Of a stretch of DNA of 64,000 nt, positions 10,445-21,800 are shown one piece after another. The notes under the pieces are model-generated. The model did no database searches, was not told the origin of the DNA, and saw nothing but the letters and a program-made list of their open reading frames with translations. Origin of the DNA: a virus. Both the position numbers and the translations under genes were made by a program. The DNA lies in the IMG/VR virus record IMGVR_UViG_3300036668_000241, positions 1 to 64,000 of that record; one strand, given 5' to 3'. Numbering within the stretch: the stretch's first letter is position 1; the number at the start of each line of letters is the position of its first letter.

Positions 10445-12913
10445 TTATCTGACAAAGACTGCTAGACCAGTGAACGTTCTATTGGCTGCGCCATTAGAAG
10501 TAACTCCCTGGTTATACCAATTACCATGTGCCCGCCACTGGTTGTTAGTTGTGTAGCTAAAGCCGATGCCTCCACCCCATCTGCCACCTACAGTACTTGT
10601 TCCACCCATTCCGATCATGGAAACACCGTGGCCAGTTACAAGGTTTGATGTAGAAGTGCTGTAGCCGCCTGTTATGTAGCTATTTATAGCTCCGTAGTTA
10701 TTGGCTCTATCCGAAAGAGTCTTAAATCCAAAAACTGTAGGGACTTGTGACTGAAATTGAGCAACACTAGTTACAGTTTGAAGTCTACGAACCCACGAGT
10801 ACTCTTCTTGGGTCACTGTTGGGAACAGCCACTCATCACCATAGGTACTGAGGTTTGTTCCCCCTGTTACAGATCTCATATTTGGAATGGTTGAGTTATG
10901 ACGCCATCCAAGTCTTCTAGAGGCGTCATTAATTGAAACAACCATTATGTCGTTAAATGGAAGTTTGTAGAACAGCTTGCTGAAAGAGTCTACGTCATTG
11001 AAATTGGCATTACTAGCATCCGTAAATAGTGTTTCAAATGACGCATCTGAGTTCCATGCCCAGCCGTTCCAGTGAGGGGCAAAGGTAAACCCTGCTCCCA
11101 CTCCAGAAACTCCAACACCGAGACCAGCAATACTATTTGTGAGGAGAGTACTACTAGACAGTTTCATAACCTGAGTCCAGCCGCCACTTTCAAGGGAGAA
11201 GTTGCAATAAGTTTGATGTGCAACAGAGCTTCCGACTGGCTTAATCCAGTAAGCACCATCTGGTGCGGTTGGGAATACCTCAAGAATGTCTACCGCACTT
11301 GCAGCTGCTCTAGCTTGTGTAGTTCCATTAAGAACAAATCCTTTTTCATCTGTAAGTCTTACATGTACAGAGTTATATACTCTATCTATGTAATAGTAGT
11401 TAGAAGGAGACTCTACTGTAGTGAATGCCCCACTAACCGGATAATTGTATAGGACCATATCTGATTCTTCAAAATCATGTCCTGGGACCGCAAGTATGTT
11501 TCTATCAAGAGATACCGATACCGAAGCAAATGTCTGGGCACCCGTTCCCCCTGATGCGCTTGTGATTGTCGTTCCACCAGGCTCATCGGAGACGTTAATA
11601 ATGGTTGTTGATGGGTTTGTTGCTGTGACCCAGTAAGTGGTGTTGTTGGTTAGCCCTGTAGCAGCAACACCTGTAGTGCTATAAAAAACCATTTGGCCTT
11701 CAAGCCAGTCTGTTGCAGCACTTAAAGTAATGTTTCCTAGACCTGAAATAGAAGAAACAGTAAATGAATTTGATGCAGAGTTATCTCCATCAAACTCGTA
11801 AGCTGTTCCTCTAGTAAAACTTACGTTTGTTTGATTTTCAGTAGATTCATTATTTCCAGCAAATGAAGCTGCCAAGTCTGCTATTTGAAAAATTCCAGAC
11901 ATATTTGACGTTATATCTATTGCATCACCATCTGGTACTTGACTAACTTGAAAAGTTGAGTTACTCGTCCCGAGAGTGTTATTAGTCTTTAAGAAGACAA
12001 CACCTCTAGGATTTTGTTGAAAGTATCCAGAAGCGGAAGTCAGGTCATAGGAAAGAGCAGATCCAACAGAAAGACCATTAAAGTTTTCAGAAGTGTGAGC
12101 TACGGTAACGCTATCCTCTGACGTATTTACTCCGGCCACAGCGCTTCCCACAGAGGAAGGACTGCTGGATGTTCTGTTTGTAAAGTTGTAGTTTTCCGAA
12201 GCTACGGTATTAGATCCGTCAAAAGTTCTAGCCGTTGAGTTATTTGATGCATCAAAAGTTTTTGCTTCTGTGTTAGTAGCGTCAAACTCTTGTTGAATAG
12301 TAGAGTTTAAGTTCAAGAAATAGAATGGAGTGTTTGGTCCAAAGCCATGTGGACTGTCTGTTCTAACTGTCAAAATGGAAGTTGCTTCAGCGTCTGTAAC
12401 AATTCCGTCAGAGTCAGAAATTCTTACCTGAGAGCCTTGAAAGAATTCTCCAGTAATAATTGCTGTGTAGAGGTCCTCAATGGAAGCTGTAAAAAATTGA
12501 TTTTCTTTGGCTAGATATGTAAAGGTTCTAGCAGTAGGAACCGAATTAATAATATATGAACCGTCTGCCGTTAAAGATTTAGTACCTGAGACGTTAATAG
12601 GAATGCCTACTGATAACCCATGATCCAAGGCGGTGCTAATAGTAATTTCTCTAGACCCTTGAATAGTTACAATAGATACAATATTTGGGATAGTGGTATC
12701 ACCGGACTTTGAAAAGAATGAGGGAGTGTTGTTGATGAGTTCAACTGTTTCCCACTTAGTAGGCTGAAGGCCGTACTCGAAGTCAGTATCAATAAGGTTT
12801 TCGGGAGTAGAAACTCTAAGCTTTGTTACAGGGTCAATAAACTGTTTAGGAAAAGTTATTTCACCGCCTGTGCCCCCGCTGCCTGACGAATTTCCACCAA
12901 GAAAACCTGGCAT
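10445..12913 (-). CDS. Virion structural protein with C-terminal fibrinogen-like domain
   Basis: Same HG beta repeats as the giant protein. APDGAYWIKP...QTYCNFSLESGGWTQVMK matches the start of a fibrinogen C-type domain. Confidence 0.7.
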   Translation of the reverse strand: MPGFLGGNSSGSGGTGGEITFPKQFIDPVTKLRVSTPENLIDTDFEYGLQPTKWETVELINNTPSFFSKSGDTTIPNIVSIVTIQGSREITISTALDHGLSVGIPINVSGTKSLTADGSYIINSVPTARTFTYLAKENQFFTASIEDLYTAIITGEFFQGSQVRISDSDGIVTDAEATSILTVRTDSPHGFGPNTPFYFLNLNSTIQQEFDATNTEAKTFDASNNSTARTFDGSNTVASENYNFTNRTSSSPSSVGSAVAGVNTSEDSVTVAHTSENFNGLSVGSALSYDLTSASGYFQQNPRGVVFLKTNNTLGTSNSTFQVSQVPDGDAIDITSNMSGIFQIADLAASFAGNNESTENQTNVSFTRGTAYEFDGDNSASNSFTVSSISGLGNITLSAATDWLEGQMVFYSTTGVAATGLTNNTTYWVTATNPSTTIINVSDEPGGTTITSASGGTGAQTFASVSVSLDRNILAVPGHDFEESDMVLYNYPVSGAFTTVESPSNYYYIDRVYNSVHVRLTDEKGFVLNGTTQARAAASAVDILEVFPTAPDGAYWIKPVGSSVAHQTYCNFSLESGGWTQVMKLSSSTLLTNSIAGLGVGVSGVGAGFTFAPHWNGWAWNSDASFETLFTDASNANFNDVDSFSKLFYKLPFNDIMVVSINDASRRLGWRHNSTIPNMRSVTGGTNLSTYGDEWLFPTVTQEEYSWVRRLQTVTSVAQFQSQVPTVFGFKTLSDRANNYGAINSYITGGYSTSTSNLVTGHGVSMIGMGGTSTVGGRWGGGIGFSYTTNNQWRAHGNWYNQGVTSNGAANRTFTGLAVFVR

Positions 12914-12985
12914 TATTAGATACCTCTTTCAGTCAGTGCGTAAACGGTGAAGGCGTCTAGCCAACGCTTGTATATCTTCATTAGA

Positions 12986-13636
12986 TTATACACCTAACCA
13001 CCATGAAGTACTTATCTTATAGTTACCTTGACCGCCTGCTGGCCCCGTTGGACCGGCATTACCTCCAGCAGCTTGAACAAACACTCCTTCAAAGTAAACA
13101 TATGTAATACCAGTACCTGTGTCAAACCAAGCGTCACCGTTAGTTGCAGTATCTAAAGAAGGTTGTGTGGGGCTTGCTGTAAATTTTCCGGGAGGACCCG
13201 TTGGGCCTAAAGGTCCTGGTATGTCAGATGCCGCACCTGTTGGCCCGAGAGGTCCTGTAGCTCCGCGAGGGCCAGTGGGTCCAATCGGTCCAGTCACTCG
13301 AGAATCAGCACCCGTAGGTCCAGTTGAGCCAGTTGGTCCTTGCGCTCCTGTTGGCCCGAGAGGTCCTGTGGAACCTCGCTCACCTTGTGATCCTGTAGCT
13401 CCAGTTGGTCCTGCTACTGTGGAATCGGGTCCAGTAGGTCCTTGAATTCCATCAGGACCTGTTGGACCGGCTCCACCTGTTGCACCAGTAGGTCCAGTAG
13501 CACCTTGTGGGCCGGTAGGACCTAAAGGAGCCTGTCGAAGAACTTGCCAGTAAGTGCCATTATAAACCCATGTGCTGCCACCAGAAGTAAACTCCTCGCC
13601 TAATTCGGCGGGAGATGGAAAGTCAATGGCGGGCAT
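12986..13636 (-). CDS. Short collagen-like fibre protein
   Basis: [10 protein letters not shown]-terminal module, Gly-X-Y (GPT) repeats, GDAWFDT module. Confidence 0.8.
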   Translation of the reverse strand: MPAIDFPSPAELGEEFTSGGSTWVYNGTYWQVLRQAPLGPTGPQGATGPTGATGGAGPTGPDGIQGPTGPDSTVAGPTGATGSQGERGSTGPLGPTGAQGPTGSTGPTGADSRVTGPIGPTGPRGATGPLGPTGAASDIPGPLGPTGPPGKFTASPTQPSLDTATNGDAWFDTGTGITYVYFEGVFVQAAGGNAGPTGPAGGQGNYKISTSWWLGV

Positions 13637-13691
13637 CTACAAGCCTTCCTCTACTTTTGGATTATAAATATTGTACTATAGGTACCAAATA

Positions 13692-13868
13692 TCAAGTAGG
13701 ATATTCGGGGCTAGCAAATCCCATATTTAATTTATTTGTCCAAGATGTCGCCCAGGTGCTGGCAGCTTCTTCCGACTCCCAGGGGCCGCTTTGATCAATA
13801 AGACTGCCGTCTGAGTATACCTTGCATATAGGTGGATTTCCTGTTATTTGAAAAGAATATACCATATC
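13692..13868 (-). CDS. Small hypothetical protein (58 aa)
   Basis: Below ORF-track cutoff. MMVYSFQITGNPPICK...PEYPT, preceded by AAGGA, fills the gap between co-oriented genes. Confidence 0.6.
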   Translation of the reverse strand, partial: DMVYSFQITGNPPICKVYSDGSLIDQSGPWESEEAASTWATSWTNKLNMGFASPEYPT

Positions 13869-13874
13869 ATTTCC

Positions 13875-14789
13875 TTAGAGTGAGTACGCCATTTTCCCAG
13901 AGTCACCGACTGCTAGGGCATAAGTATTCGTAAAAAGTAAATCATTTATTTTTGTAGACCCAAATGTAGAAGATCTTAGTGTCCAAGACTCTCCTGTAAA
14001 TGAAGTTCCAAGTTTTCCGCTAAATCCTGCAACAATTGCGGATGAACTTTCATCTATACCTATCTTTACCGTTCGTAGTCCTGACACGTTAAAGGCGGTA
14101 GGAGCAGGTGACTGTACCCATGAGGTTGAGTTGGATGAGTATCCTATTTTTCCTGTATCTCCTACAGCTACATAAAAATTTTCAGAACCATGTATAGAAT
14201 ATATATTTGTTACAGAAAATGAAGAATTCCTTTGAGTCCACAAAATACCGTTAGTTGACGTAGATAACTTTCCTTCATTTCCTACAGCCAATACTGAAGA
14301 ACTTCCAGAGTGTAAAGATCGTATAAAACTTGTTCCAAACGAGGAAAGTCTCATAACCCAGTTCTCTCCATCTTCAGAAGTAGCAAGCTTTCCGCTTCCT
14401 CCTACTGCAACCCATAAATTGTTATTTTCGTAAAAACTAACATCAAGAATAACGCTGGACCCAAAGGAAGAATTTACCTGTATCCAAGTAATTCCATCTT
14501 CAGATATTGCCATTTTTCCTGTACTACCCGCCGCTATGAACTTTCCATCACCAAAAGCAACTGTATATATCGAACTAGTCCCAAAAGATGAAGTTCTTTG
14601 AGTCCATGTATCTAGATTTGCCGCTGTAGCTAGTTTTCCACCAGCTCCAACTGCAACAAAAATGTCATTATTTGTAGCAACTGAGAAGATATTGGACGTG
14701 TCAAAAGTTGTAATAGCTACCTGATTCCAAGAAACAGGGGTGAAAGGAAAAGGAATAGATGCCGATATGGGGTGGGTAGAGATCAGCAT
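13875..14789 (-). CDS. Beta-propeller repeat protein (WD40/YVTN/BNR-like), probable receptor-binding protein
   Basis: About 7 repeats of VAVGxxGKLATSxxGxxWxxRxSSFGxSxI. Confidence 0.75.
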   Translation of the reverse strand: MLISTHPISASIPFPFTPVSWNQVAITTFDTSNIFSVATNNDIFVAVGAGGKLATAANLDTWTQRTSSFGTSSIYTVAFGDGKFIAAGSTGKMAISEDGITWIQVNSSFGSSVILDVSFYENNNLWVAVGGSGKLATSEDGENWVMRLSSFGTSFIRSLHSGSSSVLAVGNEGKLSTSTNGILWTQRNSSFSVTNIYSIHGSENFYVAVGDTGKIGYSSNSTSWVQSPAPTAFNVSGLRTVKIGIDESSSAIVAGFSGKLGTSFTGESWTLRSSTFGSTKINDLLFTNTYALAVGDSGKMAYSL

Positions 14790-16457
14790 TTATACCACCA
14801 AACTACCGGTCAAGATCCACTGATTTGCTCCCAATTTTATCAAAGAAGCAACCGCGTACCGAGCTTTAGTGACTAGCCTTCCGCCTTCAGAGAATACAAA
14901 AACTCCCGATCCTGCAGCTACAGTAATTTGTCCAATACCGAGCTGCAAAATAACAATCTGTGTGCCAATAGGAAAGTTATATCCTGAATCTGGTTGGACT
15001 GTGAGATTCACACCAGAAGAACTATTTATCTTTACTAGTGACGCTGCGTCAGCTTCTCCTAAAGTGTGAGAAGAAAAATATGTATCTCCAAGAAGTTCAT
15101 AGAACGGAGGCCCTGTTGGGCCAGTGACAGTAGACGCCGGTCCGGTAGGTCCGGTTGGCCCTAAAGGACCTGCAAGAGTAGACGCCGGTCCGGTAGGTCC
15201 GGTTGGACCTAATGGACCTTGCGAACCAGTAGGGCCAGTTACAGTACTTGCAGAACCAGTAGCACCTGTTGGACCGGTAGGTCCTCGATCTCCAGCAAGA
15301 GAAAATCTCCAAGCATTATATACCCCAGATCCTGCAAAATTATCAATCGAGACAGTTATATCTGTCCCAGTTATATCTGTAATTACACCTTCCATATAGA
15401 TAGTTGGCGCATCATCATAAGAGACTCGTACTCTATTTGCTTCTGCGTACGCTCCAACAGCTCCAACGGAAAAAAGTTGTAGTCCTACACCAATAGTTCT
15501 GTTTGTTGTTGAGAAAGTTACGTTGTAGTCATTACCTCTAGCACCAGTAGATCCTGTCGGACCTGTAGGTCCCGGTCCTCCTTCAGGTCCAGGTACAGCT
15601 GATGCAGCACCCGTAGGTCCTGTCGGACCTGTAGAACCACGGATACCCGCGTCTCCTTGGGGTCCGGTTGGTCCTAAAGAACCAGTTGGTCCAGTTGGTC
15701 CGGTTGGGCCTCCTGACGGTCCTGTAGCTCCACTAGGACCAGTTGGTCCAGTTACTGATGCACCAGTAGGTCCAGTAGCACCTTGCACGCCAGTAATACC
15801 TACGAAACCTCTAGGCCCTGTTGGTCCTGTAACAGTAGAGTTAGCTCCTGTAGGACCAGTAGAACCTAAGGGTCCTTGTAATCCTTGGTTTCCTTGGTCT
15901 CCCTTATCACCTACTGGACCAGTTGGTCCTCGATCACCCTGCGGTCCAGTGACACCTTCAGATCCAGTAGGTCCAAGATCTCCTAATGGTCCAGTAGGAC
16001 CAATAATTGATGCACCTGCTGGGCCAGTTTGACCTCTAGCACCTATGGGGCCGGTAAATCCTGTAGGACCTGTTGGTCCTGCAACAGTGCTGCTCTCCCC
16101 TGACGGTCCCGTGGGGCCTGTCGCTCCAGGAGGTCCAACGTTACTTGATGCCGACTCGACCCAAGCGGCGCTAGTTCCGTCATCGTAATAAACAAAAATT
16201 TGACCAGTTGCAGAGTTAAACCATGCATCTCCACTGCCTGGATCGGAAGGAGGTACGTCAGATACTATGCTGAAATTTCCTGTTGATCCCGTTGAACCCG
16301 TAGGTCCAGTTACATTTGATCCAGCTCCAGTAGGTCCTGTAGGTCCCACCACTGTAGAAATGACAAGTTGCCACGCAGTTCCATCCCACTGCCAGCTCTG
16401 AGAGCCAGAGGTGAATACATCGTTAAGGTTTGGAGCGTTAGGAAAGTCGATAGCCAT
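14790..16457 (-). CDS. Collagen-like fibre protein
   Basis: MAIDFPNAP module, long GPT repeats, C-terminal globular domain ([19 protein letters not shown]...WILTGSL). Confidence 0.8.
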   Translation of the reverse strand: MAIDFPNAPNLNDVFTSGSQSWQWDGTAWQLVISTVVGPTGPTGAGSNVTGPTGSTGSTGNFSIVSDVPPSDPGSGDAWFNSATGQIFVYYDDGTSAAWVESASSNVGPPGATGPTGPSGESSTVAGPTGPTGFTGPIGARGQTGPAGASIIGPTGPLGDLGPTGSEGVTGPQGDRGPTGPVGDKGDQGNQGLQGPLGSTGPTGANSTVTGPTGPRGFVGITGVQGATGPTGASVTGPTGPSGATGPSGGPTGPTGPTGSLGPTGPQGDAGIRGSTGPTGPTGAASAVPGPEGGPGPTGPTGSTGARGNDYNVTFSTTNRTIGVGLQLFSVGAVGAYAEANRVRVSYDDAPTIYMEGVITDITGTDITVSIDNFAGSGVYNAWRFSLAGDRGPTGPTGATGSASTVTGPTGSQGPLGPTGPTGPASTLAGPLGPTGPTGPASTVTGPTGPPFYELLGDTYFSSHTLGEADAASLVKINSSSGVNLTVQPDSGYNFPIGTQIVILQLGIGQITVAAGSGVFVFSEGGRLVTKARYAVASLIKLGANQWILTGSLVV

Positions 16458-16469
16458 TTTCTACCTATC

Positions 16470-17141
16470 TTAAAGTTGAGCTTCATATTGAAACTGGACA
16501 AGAATTTTATCATTAGCACCAAAAACAAATGGTGTCTCTGACGCTGCAGGAGCTCCTTCATCAAAAGTAGATGCTTGACTATGCATCCACATTTCTACTC
16601 TAGAATTATTGCTTTGATTAAAAATACATGTGCCAAAATATGAAATTCCAGGTCCTTCATCTCGCATAACAACTTGACCTAAAGGTTGATAGTTATCAAT
16701 CACTGCAAGGGTTGGTATTGAAAGGAAATACGTTCCAGAGCCTCTAGAAAAACCTATAGTTCCAGCAGTTACTCTAATCTCTCCAATAATTAAAGAGCCT
16801 ACAGCAATGTATCTGCCAGTAACTGCAGAGTTTCCTAGAGTTGGATTGGTAGTATTGGCAGTCCATTGGGGTGTGTAGTTCTGCCATGGAGAAGTTGTAA
16901 ATGTTCCGGCGGGTCCAATTGCACCCGTTGGGCCAGTAACCGTTGAAGCTGGTCCTTGAGGACCTAAAGGTCCTGTCGGCCCTCCAACTGTGGAAGCTGG
17001 CCCGGTTGGACCTAAAGGACCTGTTGGCCCTACGGCGCTTGTTCTCACAAGTCTCCATAAAATTCCACTCCACACATATGTTTGTGTGTTGTATACGTAC
17101 TGTTCCCCTATTTCAGGAGAGCTAGGAAAGTCTAATGCCAT
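16470..17141 (-). CDS. Short collagen-like fibre protein
   Basis: ORF 16470..17165; likely start MALDFPSSP after AGGAGG. GPT repeats and a C-terminal WQNYTPQW domain. Confidence 0.75.
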   Translation of the reverse strand: MALDFPSSPEIGEQYVYNTQTYVWSGILWRLVRTSAVGPTGPLGPTGPASTVGGPTGPLGPQGPASTVTGPTGAIGPAGTFTTSPWQNYTPQWTANTTNPTLGNSAVTGRYIAVGSLIIGEIRVTAGTIGFSRGSGTYFLSIPTLAVIDNYQPLGQVVMRDEGPGISYFGTCIFNQSNNSRVEMWMHSQASTFDEGAPAASETPFVFGANDKILVQFQYEAQL

Positions 17142-17154
17142 GATTGTCTGCCTC

Positions 17155-18789
17155 CTATCCTGCATCCGCTATAAATGATCCGGAAATATGTAAAGTAGAC
17201 GCAGTAGTAAGAGTTACTGGATTTGTACCTGTTACTGCGGTTTTTATTCCGTTAGTTCCAGCATACCAAAGGGTCATAAAAGCTGACCCAAACTCGATGG
17301 CTCCATAAATAAGGTACTCTTCAGCTCCGTTATCTATACTTCCAAGAATTGTTTCTCGAGTAAATCCATCTGGAAGGAATGGAAGAGTTAAAGAGTACTG
17401 CCCTGTACCAAAATTGGTAACGTTAGTGAACACTATATTTACTCTAAAATGAACTAAATTACCTGTTCTAATCCAAACACCAGATCCTGGAGTTCCTAGG
17501 AATGTAAGACCTGTACCACTCCACTGGGGAGTGTATGTATTTGATGTAGGGCTTCCTGCTGGGCCCGAGGGACCGGTAGGGCCTGTAGGTCCTTGCTTAT
17601 CAATAATGTCAATTACTCCAGCATTAGCTAAGTCGGTCACATCTTGATACAAAACTTGACTGGGAGCGTTTAGAGGAACATCATAGATAATTACTGGATC
17701 AGAGTCAGTAAGATTTCTTCCAAGAGTCGTGCTGTTGTTTGTTGTTCCAGGAATTGAAGAAGTATTTCCTGAGTTAAGTCGTAAGGCTACCGAGTTAGTT
17801 AGCAAGACCGCCGAAGCGTCAAAATAAAGTCTTTCTCCTCTAACTGCAACTAAAGTTGGGTTAGGCTCTGCTACTCCTTGAACGTTAAACTGAGACTCGT
17901 TAGAAGATACTAAATATGACACGCCACCTTTAGGTCCGATTGAACCTGTAGGTCCTGGAACGGTAGAAGGTTGCGTTGAAGTTGGGCCTGTAGGTCCGGT
18001 TGATCCGCTCGGTCCAGTAGGTCCGGGAACAATACTGTCTGCACCGGTAGGTCCGGTTGGCCCTGTAGGTCCGGGAACAGTGGAGGGGGCTGTGGAAGTA
18101 GGTCCTGTTGAACCAGTGGGTCCAGTCGATCCAATAAGAGCTCCGGCTTCAATCCATCCGTTACCTTCTGTAAAAATAAAAATAGTGTTTTCGTCGTAAA
18201 TAACATAAAAATCTCCAACATCTGGAGTTAAAATCCCTAAGTCCTCTTCAAAATCTTGATAAGACTGATAAAAACCTTTTGCAGTACTTCCAAGTCCCTG
18301 AGGTCCTGAAGGTCCGGTTGCACCCGTAGCTCCAGTAGGTCCTATAGGTCCTCCAACCGTTGAGTCTTCCCCAGAATCTCCCTGAGGACCAGTAGGTCCG
18401 GTTGCACCGTCAGTACCATCTATTCCGTCTGGGCCAATTGGACCAGTTGCTCCGCCAAACTCAGTGGACCCCATCTCAATCCAGTATCCATCGTAAAAGG
18501 CATACAAAGCGCCATCTTCTGAGTTAAACCAGACGTCACCTTCAGCTGGGTCTAATGGGGGGATGTTTGCTGCAATAGCAAATTCACCTTGCGGTCCAGT
18601 AGGACCAGTGGGGCCCGTAGGCCCGGTTGGTCCGGTAGATCCTGTGGGCCCTGTAGGTCCAGTAGGACCTGTGGGACCGACCACTTGTGATCTAACTACA
18701 TCCCAAGTTGTTCCGTCCCACGACCAACTTCTACCACTGACGGTAAAAACTTGACCAACTGTAGGAATGTTAGGAAAGTCAATAGCCAT
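17155..18789 (-). CDS. Collagen-like fibre protein with degenerate cupredoxin-like domain
   Basis: MAIDFPNIP module, GPT repeats, [14 protein letters not shown]...[12 protein letters not shown] domain, C-terminal YTPQW...[13 protein letters not shown]. Confidence 0.8.
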   Translation of the reverse strand: MAIDFPNIPTVGQVFTVSGRSWSWDGTTWDVVRSQVVGPTGPTGPTGPTGSTGPTGPTGPTGPTGPQGEFAIAANIPPLDPAEGDVWFNSEDGALYAFYDGYWIEMGSTEFGGATGPIGPDGIDGTDGATGPTGPQGDSGEDSTVGGPIGPTGATGATGPSGPQGLGSTAKGFYQSYQDFEEDLGILTPDVGDFYVIYDENTIFIFTEGNGWIEAGALIGSTGPTGSTGPTSTAPSTVPGPTGPTGPTGADSIVPGPTGPSGSTGPTGPTSTQPSTVPGPTGSIGPKGGVSYLVSSNESQFNVQGVAEPNPTLVAVRGERLYFDASAVLLTNSVALRLNSGNTSSIPGTTNNSTTLGRNLTDSDPVIIYDVPLNAPSQVLYQDVTDLANAGVIDIIDKQGPTGPTGPSGPAGSPTSNTYTPQWSGTGLTFLGTPGSGVWIRTGNLVHFRVNIVFTNVTNFGTGQYSLTLPFLPDGFTRETILGSIDNGAEEYLIYGAIEFGSAFMTLWYAGTNGIKTAVTGTNPVTLTTASTLHISGSFIADAG

Positions 18790-18831
18790 TAGTTTCTACC
18801 TTTCTTTCCTAAATTTATTATTATAGCTCTA

Positions 18832-21800
18832 TTAAGGTGCAGCAATGTAAGTCCCTGAAATAAATATTTTATCTCCTGAGTCTATCGCTATAGGGTTAGA
18901 TCCAGTTACTGTGTTATTAGTAAGAGTTGTTTGTCCTGAGAAGTCCGCTTCTGAGACAAAAAGGTCAATTCTTGAAGTAAAAGAGCCTTTCTTTATAATT
19001 CCATAGATTATGTAGTCTGTGTTTGAACTAGACTCTTCTAAGTACCCAGTAAAAACAAAAGTTTTGTCAATAGGTGCAAATGGAAGAGTTAGACCATATT
19101 GACCGGACCCAAAGTTAGTGACATCTGTAAAATTAACTTCTATAGAGAAAGTAATCATTGCTCCAACTACTACATACACTCCACTTGCTGGGGTCCCTGT
19201 AGATTCAAGAGAAGCTCCTACGTCTGTAAAAGTAGGTGTATAGGTTAGAGCATCTGCTTGAACACTTCCTGAAGGACCTGTAGGACCTAAAGGACCTGTT
19301 GGTCCAGTTACAGAATTTCCCTGATCACCTGTTGGACCAGTAGATCCAGTTGGCCCAGTGGCAGTTGACGGATCTCCTTGAGCACCTGTAGGACCTAAAG
19401 GACCTGTTGGTCCAGTTGGACCAGTAACATTGGATGCGTTTCCTGTAGGTCCTGTCGGACCTGTAGAACCAGTTGGACCCTCTACTGTTGAAGGTTGAGT
19501 AGATACTGGTCCAGTTGGGCCTGTGGGCCCTGTTGGGCCAATATCAGCGGAGGCAGCTTCAACCCAAAAGTTGTCGAAGTAGACATATGTTTTCCCGATT
19601 GAAGTGTCAAACCATGCGTCGCCAACATAAGGATTGATAGGGGGAGTGTCTGATGCAAGAGTAAATGTCCCTATAGGGCCAGTTGATCCTGTCGGGCCTG
19701 TTGGTCCTGGAGCTGTTGAAGGTTCGGTAGAGACCGGGCCAGTTGGTCCAGTTGGTCCAGTTGGTCCAGTTGATCCAGTTGGTCCTCTATAACCCGTTGG
19801 GCCAGTGACCGTTGATGCTGCACCAGTCGAACCTGTTGGCCCGAGAGGTCCTAGTGGACCAGTGGGTCCAATTGGAGCGGCTCCTGTTTCAATCCAATAT
19901 CCGTCATAGTAAACAAATATTTTTCCTGTTGTGCTATTGAACCATGCGTCTCCTATTTGCGGGTCAGCTGGAGGAATATCTGCTGAAATAGTGAACTGTC
20001 CTGAAGGTCCGGTTGGTCCTGCAATGCTTGAGTCAGCACCTGTTGGACCGGTAGGTCCGGTTGGGCCTTCAATATTCCCAACGTTGTCCCACTCTTGATT
20101 TACGTCATCCCAGACGAAAAGATTTCCGTCTATGAGGTACCCATCGCCGGGAGACCCTGTTAAAGGGAGTTCGCTTATGTCAGCAAGACTGCCAAGAATG
20201 GTTATTCCAGTACCTTGAATACCTTGCGAACCTGTGGGACCTGTGGGACCTGTAAGTCCTGTAGGACCAGTTACCGTAGAAGGAGCACCAATGGGACCTG
20301 TAGATCCTGTCGGACCTATATCTCCTGTTGAGCCAGTAGGTCCTGTCTCTCCAATCGAGCCTGTTGGTCCTGTTGAACCCGTTGGGCCTAGAGGTCCTGT
20401 AGGTCCTAAATCTCCAGTAGGTCCTGTAACATTCGAATCTGCTCCAGTTGCACCTGTTGATCCTGTTGGGCCTAAATCCCCCGTTGGCCCAGTTGTCCCA
20501 ACTAATCCTGTTGAGCCAGTAGGTCCTGTCGGACCTATATCTCCTGTTGAGCCAGTAGGTCCTGTCGGACCTATATCTCCTGTTGAGCCAGTAGGTCCTG
20601 TAACAGTTGATGCTGCACCAGTCGAACCTGTTGGCCCGAGAGGTCCTGTAGGTCCTGTAACAGTTGATGCAGCACCAGTCGAACCTATAGGGCCCGTGGG
20701 TCCAATTGAACCCGTAGGACCTGTAACTATGCTGTCTGCGCCCGTTGGACCTAAAGGACCTTGCGAACCAGTAGGACCTGTAGGACCCTGTGAACCTGTA
20801 GGTCCTGTAACACCTTGAATACCTTGTGGACCAACATCTCCTGTACGAGCAAAGGTAATAATAATGTCTTCGTTGTTGTCAAAGCTTGATGCAAGACCAG
20901 ACACCCACGAAACAGGAACTTTAAAATATCCAGCTGCTTCTGTGATACTGCCAGTAATAGAAAAAAGTGCAAAGTCAGCAGTATTAGTTTTATTGCTAAC
21001 TCGAAAGTGTCCTTTTAGTGGACTTGTTGAGTCATCAATTGTTTGAAGGAACGCTTGAATATCAATCGAGTTATCGTCTTCATCATCAATAAAAAGGAAA
21101 TTAGCAAGCGTTACGTTTGCATTATTAAATCTAAGTTTTCCTGTGCCAGGATCTGTATCACTGACAGAAGTATTAAACGTGTAGTCAAAGCTTGCTCCAC
21201 CAAACACACCTGCGGGACCTTGTGTACCTGTTGCTCCAGTAGGTCCCTGTGAGCCTGTAGGTCCTGCAATACCCGTTGGGCCTGTAGGTCCTTGAACAGT
21301 GCTTGCTGCACCTGTTGGACCAGTCGAACCTGTTGGCCCGAGAGGCCCAGTTGGTCCTGTAACAGTAGAGTTAGCACCTGTTAATCCTGTAGAACCAGTT
21401 GGTCCTGTAGCACCTTGTAAACCTGTTGGTCCCTGAATACCTATTGATCCAGTTGCACCAGTTGATCCTGTAGAACCAGTTGATCCTGTAGCACCTGTAG
21501 CACCTTGTGAACCTGTAACGCCTTGCGGACCTATATCTCCTGTTGAGCCGGTAGGTCCTGGAGTAGTAGATATTGCACCAGTTGGTCCTGTTGGTCCTGT
21601 AACAGTTGATGCTGCACCTGTTGATCCAGTTACACCCTGTGGTCCTGTGTTGCCTATAGGACCCTGTGAACCTGTAGGTCCTGTAACACCTTGAATACCT
21701 TGTGGTCCGATATCACCTGTACGAGCAAAGGTAATAATAATGTCTTCGTTATTACTAAACTCTGTTGCTAATCCATTTAAATATGAAATAGGAATTGTAA

